Positions 58,394 to 64,000 of a stretch of 64,000 nt of DNA are shown here, piece after piece. The DNA is from Candidatus Nomurabacteria bacterium (GTDB lineage Bacteria; Patescibacteriota; Minisyncoccia; Phycocordibacterales; UBA9973). Under the pieces are notes generated by a model that was not told where the DNA came from, ran no database searches, and worked only from the letters and a program-made list of their open reading frames with translations. The first letter of the stretch is position 1. Each line of letters starts with the position of its first letter. The position numbers and the translations under genes were made by a program. The stretch covers positions 137,159 to 201,158 of the forward strand of contig JAIOPO010000001.1 of NCBI GenBank assembly GCA_021413905.1, read 5' to 3'.

Positions 58394-58549
58394 ATGCAAA
58401 TTTGGGACATAATGAAAGAAAAATATTTCTTCGCTTTAGTATCTGTCATTATTGCAGTTTTGTGGTATTTCGATGTTTTAGGTTTACATTTGTTGTACAA
58501 AATACTATTTATCATATCTATTTTATTTATGATAATAACTTCTTTTTAA
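58394..58549 (+). CDS. Small two-TM protein (51 aa), not in the ORF track
   Basis: MQIWDIMKEKYFFALVSVIIAVLWYFDVLGLHLLYKILFIISILFMIITSF; TATAAT 9 nt upstream. Confidence 0.55.
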   Translation: MQIWDIMKEKYFFALVSVIIAVLWYFDVLGLHLLYKILFIISILFMIITSF

Positions 58550-58593
58550 ATTAAATTGATTTTTATCATAAATTCAAGTAATATATAAAACAT

Positions 58594-58677
58594 GCCGGGA
58601 TGGCGGAATTGGTAGACGCAAACGACTCAAAATCGTTCGAGGGCAACTTCATGAGAGTTCAAGTCTCTCTCCCGGCA
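58594..58677 (+). tRNA. tRNA-Leu (CAA), CCA not encoded
   Basis: GCCGGGA/TCCCGGC acceptor, AACGA-CT CAA AA-TCGTT, long variable arm, GTTCAAGTC. Confidence 0.96.
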
Positions 58678-58681
58678 CAAA

Positions 58682-60016
58682 ATGAAAAACAAAACTTCAA
58701 AAAAACAATTTAATTCTGTGGATTTTGAAATAAATGGTGGAAAAAAATTATCCGGCACAATACGCACAGGATATTCTAAAAATGGCTCGGTGGGGCTTCT
58801 TTGTGCTTCCCTTTTAAATAAAGGTAAAACGACATTACACAACATTGCTCGCATTGAAGAAGTAAATAGAGTTATAGAAATATTAGAAAGTATCGGAGTT
58901 AAAATCACTTGGACTGGTGAACACACTTTGGAAATAATTCCGCCGAAAAAATTTAATCTCAATAATCTTAATAAAGAATCAGCAATAAAAACACGTTCCA
59001 TACTGATGACCATCGGACCACTTGCACATTTTATTCCTTCTTTTAAAATTCCACATGCACAAGGTTGCCACCTAGGCAAACGCACAATCGCAGGACATAG
59101 TTATGCTTTAGAAGAACTTGGAATAAAAATAAAAACAACACAAACTGATTATGAAATTAGTGTTAAAAAATTAGCACCAGCAGAAATAATAATGTATGAA
59201 GCTGGAGACACAGCCGTCGAAAATGTTTTGACTGCTTGTGCAAAAATCCCAGGTAAAACTACGATAAAATTCTCAAGTTCAAATTATATGGTACAAGAAA
59301 TTTGCTTCTTCTTGGAAAAGTGTGGGGTAAAAATCGAAGGCATAGGTAGTTCAACTTTGATTGTGCATGGAATAAAAGAAATAAATCAAAATATCGAATA
59401 TCATAACAGTGAAGATCCGATAGAATCCATGATGTTTGTTTCTGCAGCTATAACCACAGATTCAAAATTAAAAATCACACATGTACCGATAAATTTCATG
59501 GAACTTGAACTCTACAAAATGGGCAAGATGGGTTTAAAATATGAAACTTCTAAAGTTTATAAAAGTGAAAATGGACATACAAATTTAGCTGATATCACTA
59601 TTTATCCTTCAAAACTTAAAGCTCTCGATGATAAAATACATGCGAATCCTTATCCAGGAATAAATATGGACAATCTTCCCTTTTTCGCAATTTCAGCAAT
59701 GAAAGCAAAAGGACAAACATTGATACATGATTGGAGTTATGAAAATCGTGCCATATATATGACAGAATTAAACAGACTTGGTGCACAAATCACTCTTGCT
59801 GATCCACATCGCGTATATATCGAAGGTGGGCATATTCTTAAACCAGCTCAGGTTGTTTGTCCTCCAGCATTGCGACCTTCTATGGTAATAATGATTGCGA
59901 TGTTAGGCGCTCAAGGAACATCCATTTTAAGAAATGTTTACATGATCAATCGTGGTTACGAAGAAATTGTAAAAAGATTAAACTCTCTTGGTGCTGATAT
60001 TAAAGTAATAAAATAA
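58682..60016 (+). CDS. murA: UDP-N-acetylglucosamine 1-carboxyvinyltransferase
   Basis: SKN, GCHLGKR (active Cys), DPIE, PYPG, YENR, RGYE....L..LGA.I. Confidence 0.94.
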   Translation: MKNKTSKKQFNSVDFEINGGKKLSGTIRTGYSKNGSVGLLCASLLNKGKTTLHNIARIEEVNRVIEILESIGVKITWTGEHTLEIIPPKKFNLNNLNKESAIKTRSILMTIGPLAHFIPSFKIPHAQGCHLGKRTIAGHSYALEELGIKIKTTQTDYEISVKKLAPAEIIMYEAGDTAVENVLTACAKIPGKTTIKFSSSNYMVQEICFFLEKCGVKIEGIGSSTLIVHGIKEINQNIEYHNSEDPIESMMFVSAAITTDSKLKITHVPINFMELELYKMGKMGLKYETSKVYKSENGHTNLADITIYPSKLKALDDKIHANPYPGINMDNLPFFAISAMKAKGQTLIHDWSYENRAIYMTELNRLGAQITLADPHRVYIEGGHILKPAQVVCPPALRPSMVIMIAMLGAQGTSILRNVYMINRGYEEIVKRLNSLGADIKVIK

Positions 60017-60017
60017 T

Positions 60018-60884
60018 ATGGATAAAGTATTTGTAATAGTGGGACCGACAGCATCCGGCAAAAGCAATTTCGCTGTAGATATAGCCCTTCAAAATAAAGG
60101 TGAAATCATCTCTGCTGACTCAAGACAAGTTTACAAGGGGCTTGATATTGGTTCTGGAAAAATAACTAAAAAAGAAATGCGTGGCGTTCCGCATCATTTA
60201 CTCGATATTGCAAATCCAAAAAATTCTAAATTTACTGTCGTAGATTATAAAAAACTCGCAGATAAAAAAATAAAAGAAATATTAGATAGAGGTAATCTAC
60301 CGATCATTTGCGGAGGCACAGGATTTTATATTGATGCAGTAGTAAATAGAATAATTCTGCCTGAAGTTCCACCAAATGAAAAACTGCGTAAAATTTTAAA
60401 TAAAAAATCAGAAATAGAACTTCTCAAAATATTAAAGAGTTTAGATAAAAATCGCGCGAAAAATATTGATGCAAAAAACAAAGTGCGTCTCATTCGCGCA
60501 ATAGAAATAGCCAAAGCCTTGGGTAAAGTGCCTAAAATTAAACAAGTACCCCCTGTGTATGAATTTATAAAAATAGGACTTTCAGTACCGAAAGAAATTC
60601 TAACAGAAAAAATACACACTCGCCTATTGGCACGTATTAAAAAAGGAATGTTAAATGAAGCCGAAAAACTTCACAAACAAGGACTTTCTTGGAAAAGAAT
60701 GGAAGAACTCGGCCTTGAATATAAATTTATGGCTCTTTATTTACAAGGCAAAATTACAAAACAAGAAATGATAACGCAACTAGAAACTGCAATTATTCAA
60801 TACTCTAAACGCCAAATAACTTGGTTTAAAAGAGACAAAAATATAAAATGGATAGATTCTAATTCGATTTATCATCTTGAATAA
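60018..60884 (+). CDS. miaA: tRNA dimethylallyltransferase
   Basis: GPTASGKS, SADSRQVY.GLDIG, PHHL.D, GGTGFY, KRQ.TWF. Confidence 0.97.
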   Translation: MDKVFVIVGPTASGKSNFAVDIALQNKGEIISADSRQVYKGLDIGSGKITKKEMRGVPHHLLDIANPKNSKFTVVDYKKLADKKIKEILDRGNLPIICGGTGFYIDAVVNRIILPEVPPNEKLRKILNKKSEIELLKILKSLDKNRAKNIDAKNKVRLIRAIEIAKALGKVPKIKQVPPVYEFIKIGLSVPKEILTEKIHTRLLARIKKGMLNEAEKLHKQGLSWKRMEELGLEYKFMALYLQGKITKQEMITQLETAIIQYSKRQITWFKRDKNIKWIDSNSIYHLE

Positions 60885-61365
60885 ATTTTTTAAAATTCTC
60901 TAAATCTTGCTCAGAACCTAATATGTGAATTTGTCTAGGTCCTATAATAAGCTCTTTTACCCTACCATCATCTAATACAACTGAATCATGTTCGTGAAGT
61001 TTGTCATCTTTATCTATTATTCTTTTCCAGTACATGTTAGGCATGTCGGATATATAACATGGATTCTTGGTCTCTATGACTGCGGTAATTACTTTATTCC
61101 CATAACGAAAAGCATAATTCCTATCTAGTGTTAAATAAACACCAGTATGACTATCAGTTGGTAAAGAGAATTTTATATTATCTCCGCGATAAAAAACATC
61201 ATGTATAGTACTATCAGGGAATATAGTATCTAAATATTCTGAATATTGTTCTTTAGTTCCAATTCTTGAAAGTCCTAAGTTGTCTTCAAACACAAAATCT
61301 ACTCCTTCTTTTATTTTAGGTTTTTCAGTTTCATTTTTCTTATTTTCTTTTGACAATCCTTCCAT
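60859..61365 (-). CDS. CPR-type hypothetical protein with ART-like motifs
   Basis: IGTKEQYSEYLDTIFPDS...VFYRG...GVYLT.DRNYA..YG...KNP...HDSV...E. Confidence 0.6.
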   Translation of the reverse strand: MEGLSKENKKNETEKPKIKEGVDFVFEDNLGLSRIGTKEQYSEYLDTIFPDSTIHDVFYRGDNIKFSLPTDSHTGVYLTLDRNYAFRYGNKVITAVIETKNPCYISDMPNMYWKRIIDKDDKLHEHDSVVLDDGRVKELIIGPRQIHILGSEQDLENFKKFIQDDKSN

Positions 61366-61370
61366 AGCGA

Positions 61371-61444
61371 TGGCGGGCGATGAGGGAATCGAACCCCCAC
61401 CAAAGGTTTTGGAGACCTTCGTTCTACCACTAAACTAATCGCCC
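61371..61444 (-). tRNA. tRNA-Trp (CCA), 3' CCA encoded
   Basis: Minus strand GGGCGAT/ATCGCCC-G-CCA, AAGGT-CT CCA AA-ACCTT, GTTCGATTC. Confidence 0.96.
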
Positions 61445-61507
61445 TTAAACCCTCCGACAAAAGTCAGAGGGCATGGAAATGTGAAAATAATAATTAACGC
61501 ATTCCCT

Positions 61508-61546
61508 AAAAAAGAACAAGCAACAATACTTTTTGTTGCTTGTTCT
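61508..61546 (-). terminator. 14-bp perfect hairpin with U tract downstream of rpmG
   Basis: AGAACAAGCAACAA (61513-61526) / TTGTTGCTTGTTCT (61533-61546); the A run at 61508-61512 gives a U tract on the minus strand. Confidence 0.75.
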
Positions 61547-61582
61547 ATTATAACAGAATTGAAATAAAAATAAAAATAATTA

Positions 61583-61747
61583 CTAGCCCGTCATTTTAGC
61601 TTCTTTGTGTTTAGTTTTCTTTTTACAAGTTTTACAAAACTTTAAGAGCTCAATCTTTTTTGTGACGAGTTTCTTGTTTTTACTACTATAATAGTTTGCG
61701 TTCTTACAAACACTACATTTTAATCTAAAAAGTCTATCTTGTGACAT
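61583..61747 (-). CDS. rpmG: 50S ribosomal protein L33 (Zn-ribbon C+ form), not in the ORF track
   Basis: MSQDRLFRLKCSVCKNANYYSSKNKKLVTKKIELLKFCKTCKKKTKHKEAKMTG. Confidence 0.95.
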   Translation of the reverse strand: MSQDRLFRLKCSVCKNANYYSSKNKKLVTKKIELLKFCKTCKKKTKHKEAKMTG

Positions 61748-61782
61748 ACCTATATATTACTATAAACAGCCTTAAAAAGCAA

Positions 61783-62907
61783 CTAAATCGAGACTCTGGG
61801 CAATAACGCGCTAATATGTGTCGTTATTTCGTAATTAATAGTGCCCATTTTATTAGCTATTTCTTCTGCTGTAATATATTCTTTACCTTGCCTACCTAAA
61901 ATTACAACTTCGTCTTCAACTTTTATTTTTGGTAAATGACTAATATCCACTACGCACATATTCATCATCACTCTGCCTAAAATTTTACATCTTTTATCAT
62001 TTATTAAAAATTCACCTTTATTTGAAAGCCTCCTGTCTAAACCATCACCATATCCTTGTGGAATAATTGCGACTTTTGTTTCTTTTTTTGTTTTATAAGT
62101 CAAACCATATCCTATAGTGTATCCTTTTGGTAAAATTTTAATTTGAGCGACTTTTGTTTTCCAAGTCAATATCGGCTTTAAATTTATTTTAGAATACTCT
62201 TTCAAATGTTCTGCTGGCCATAAACCATAAGCACCGATACCAATACGAACCAAAGGATTATTCACTTTCATTTCATGAACCAAAATTCCAGAAGTCGCTG
62301 AAATATGATTTTGTAAATTATTGAAACCATATTCTTTTGCTAAATTTACAGATATATTAAAAATAGAAATTTGTTTTTTTGCGTGAGATAGATCTTTAGA
62401 ATCTTCAATATTTGCAAAATGAGAATAAATGCCTGTAAGTTTAATATATTTACATTTTTTTATTTCTTCAAACAATTTTGGTAACTCTTGCAACAATACA
62501 CCTTCTCTTCCTAAAAAAGCATCTACAACTAAATGAACTTCTTGAATTCTTTTTAAATTATTAGAAATTTTTTCTATTTTATATAAATAATCCTGTGAAA
62601 AAACAGACAAAGTGCAATTTAATTTAATCGCTTTAGACAAATCACTTTCTTGAACATAACCAAAAACAAAAGTTTTTCTTTTTGATATTTTTCTTAAAAT
62701 TTGTAATTCTTCAATACTGTCAACTTGAAAACAATCTACATAATTATCCAAAATAGCAACAATCTGAGATAGTCCATGACCATAAGCATTACTTTTAACT
62801 ACCACAGAAATCTGTGTTTCTTTTTTTAAAAAATTTTTAAAACTCTTGATATTTTGAATCAAATTTTTCGCTGATATTTCTATATAAGACAAAGGAAAAG
62901 TATCCAT
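61783..62907 (-). CDS. alr: Alanine racemase
   Basis: VVKSNAYGHG (PLP lysine), SHFA, VRIGI..YG, GYGDG, GRVMMN, TINYE. Confidence 0.97.
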   Translation of the reverse strand: MDTFPLSYIEISAKNLIQNIKSFKNFLKKETQISVVVKSNAYGHGLSQIVAILDNYVDCFQVDSIEELQILRKISKRKTFVFGYVQESDLSKAIKLNCTLSVFSQDYLYKIEKISNNLKRIQEVHLVVDAFLGREGVLLQELPKLFEEIKKCKYIKLTGIYSHFANIEDSKDLSHAKKQISIFNISVNLAKEYGFNNLQNHISATSGILVHEMKVNNPLVRIGIGAYGLWPAEHLKEYSKINLKPILTWKTKVAQIKILPKGYTIGYGLTYKTKKETKVAIIPQGYGDGLDRRLSNKGEFLINDKRCKILGRVMMNMCVVDISHLPKIKVEDEVVILGRQGKEYITAEEIANKMGTINYEITTHISALLPRVSI

Positions 62908-62926
62908 ACAAACAAGAATACACTAT

Positions 62927-63700
62927 TTATTTCAAAATAGCACTCTGAACGTCTTTCGAAACATTTGTCAGATTTTTGTAACCATTTTTTGTTATTAGTA
63001 TCATATCTTCTATTCTAATTCCGCCGAAATTTTTAAAGTAAAGACCTGGTTCTATTGTCATCACACAACCCACAGGCAAAATATCTTCGCTCTTGGGCTT
63101 GAAATTCGGCCATTCATGGATAACAGTCCCCACTCCGTGCCCGAGTCCGTGAGGGAACCCTTCTGTCTGCTTAGCCATCAGGGTAGGTCTCTTTAGCCCG
63201 AAATTTTTTCCCAAAAAATTTCGGACTGTTTCATCAATAATTTTTGCTCTCTTTTCACCAAGTCCGACTTTATTCATTGCCAATTCCATCGCTTTCAACA
63301 CTCCCAAATATATTTTCTTTTGCTTCGCATTCGGTTCGCCCCAGAAATATGTGCGTGTCATATCCGAACAATAATGATTCACAGTGCAACCAAAATCAAA
63401 CATTATAACAGTAGCTCCACCACGAATAGGTTTTTTTAATTTAGTCTCCCCTGGTTCATGATGAATATTTGCAGTATTTTTGCCAAATGCCACAATCGGC
63501 GGAAATGACAATATCGGTGCTCCATATTTTACAAAAGATTTTTTAATAAAATTCGCAATTTCGATTTCCGTCACGCCATCTTTCAATTCCTTCAAAACAT
63601 CGCCCAAAACCCGCTCGGCAATCCTCTGCGCTTTCACAATATTTTCCAATTCTTTTTTACTCTTCACCGCCCGCACTTCGTGAATTAATTTTGTTTGCAT
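62927..63700 (-). CDS. M24 Xaa-Pro peptidase, catalytic domain only
   Basis: RAVKS..E, DFG...YCSDMTRT, HGLGHGVG..IHE.P, TIEPG.Y, GIRIED. Confidence 0.92.
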   Translation of the reverse strand: MQTKLIHEVRAVKSKKELENIVKAQRIAERVLGDVLKELKDGVTEIEIANFIKKSFVKYGAPILSFPPIVAFGKNTANIHHEPGETKLKKPIRGGATVIMFDFGCTVNHYCSDMTRTYFWGEPNAKQKKIYLGVLKAMELAMNKVGLGEKRAKIIDETVRNFLGKNFGLKRPTLMAKQTEGFPHGLGHGVGTVIHEWPNFKPKSEDILPVGCVMTIEPGLYFKNFGGIRIEDMILITKNGYKNLTNVSKDVQSAILK

Positions 63701-63701
63701 A

Positions 63702-63998
63702 TTAGAAAAGTTTTACCACGTCATGATAAGTCACCACGACCATCAATAAAATTAAAATTCCAAAGCCTATCATATTTGCAGTATTGGCAAATTTTGGATT
63801 GATACGAGAACCTTTTATTTTTTCAATTAAAAGAAATAAAAGTCTGCCCCCATCGAGAGCTGGAAAAGGAATCAAATTTATTATCGCCAAATTCACAGAT
63901 ATGAGCGCGGCGAAAGAAAGCAAATAAGCCCAGCCAAATTTATATGCATCACCAACAACACTCACAAGGCCCACAGGACCAGTAACAGCAGACAGGTT
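63702..63998 (-). CDS. rseP: Site-2 protease RseP, 5'-partial (runs off the window end)
   Basis: GPVG, ISVNLAIINLIPFPALDGG. Confidence 0.92.
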   Translation of the reverse strand, partial: NLSAVTGPVGLVSVVGDAYKFGWAYLLSFAALISVNLAIINLIPFPALDGGRLLFLLIEKIKGSRINPKFANTANMIGFGILILLMVVVTYHDVVKLF

Positions 63999-64000
63999 GC

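Noticed and set aside
58318-58515. 65-aa minus-strand ORF
   Set aside because: The plus-strand two-TM ORF 58394-58549 has a better promoter/start context and composition.
955-63683. Many short antisense or alternate-frame ORFs in the track overlapping dnaK, dnaJ, cysS, pepN, dnaX, topA and others
   Set aside because: They lie within well-supported genes and carry no recognisable motifs.
1-64000. Alternative genetic code 25 (TGA=Gly)
   Set aside because: Long conserved genes are intact under code 11, and TGA terminates several ORFs at sensible positions.

Overview
AT-rich, gene-dense chromosomal segment that most likely comes from a Patescibacteria/CPR bacterium (Parcubacteria, Nomurabacteria-like). 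This is inferred from CPR-typical families: a Cys-rich CPxCR protein, a PaaX/Cas2-like regulator, paired VirB4/TraD-like ATPases, a DUF5674 pair, GAD-less AspRS and short DnaX. TGA acts as a stop, so the code is table 11. Content is mostly housekeeping: ribosomal proteins (rplM, rpsI, rplU, rpmA, rplI, rpmG), chaperones (grpE, dnaK, dnaJ), aaRSs (cysS, trpS, aspS, gltX, serS), replication/segregation (dnaB, dnaX, recR, topA, scpAB, parB, dprA), cell wall/division (mraY, ftsW, murG, murA, alr, mrdA) and three tRNAs (Gln-UUG, Leu-CAA, Trp-CCA). No CRISPR array, integrase, transposase or prophage was seen. The main signals are: (1) pervasive leaderless promoter architecture (TGnTAnnAT-N6..9-ATG) on core genes; (2) a second class of stand-alone orphan gene cassettes with a full promoter, an A/U-rich leader with a boxA-like word and their own terminator; (3) short palindromic elements apparently inserted in frame into housekeeping genes (clearest in dus and at the 5' end of the paaX-like gene); (4) tRNAs abutting start codons by 4-5 nt; (5) a 34-bp tandem duplication that frameshifts a VirB4/TraD-like ATPase, next to an internally deleted DUF5674 gene; and (6) small genes missing from the ORF track, including a pilin-like 47-aa peptide. 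Family assignments come from motif recognition only; no searches were run.
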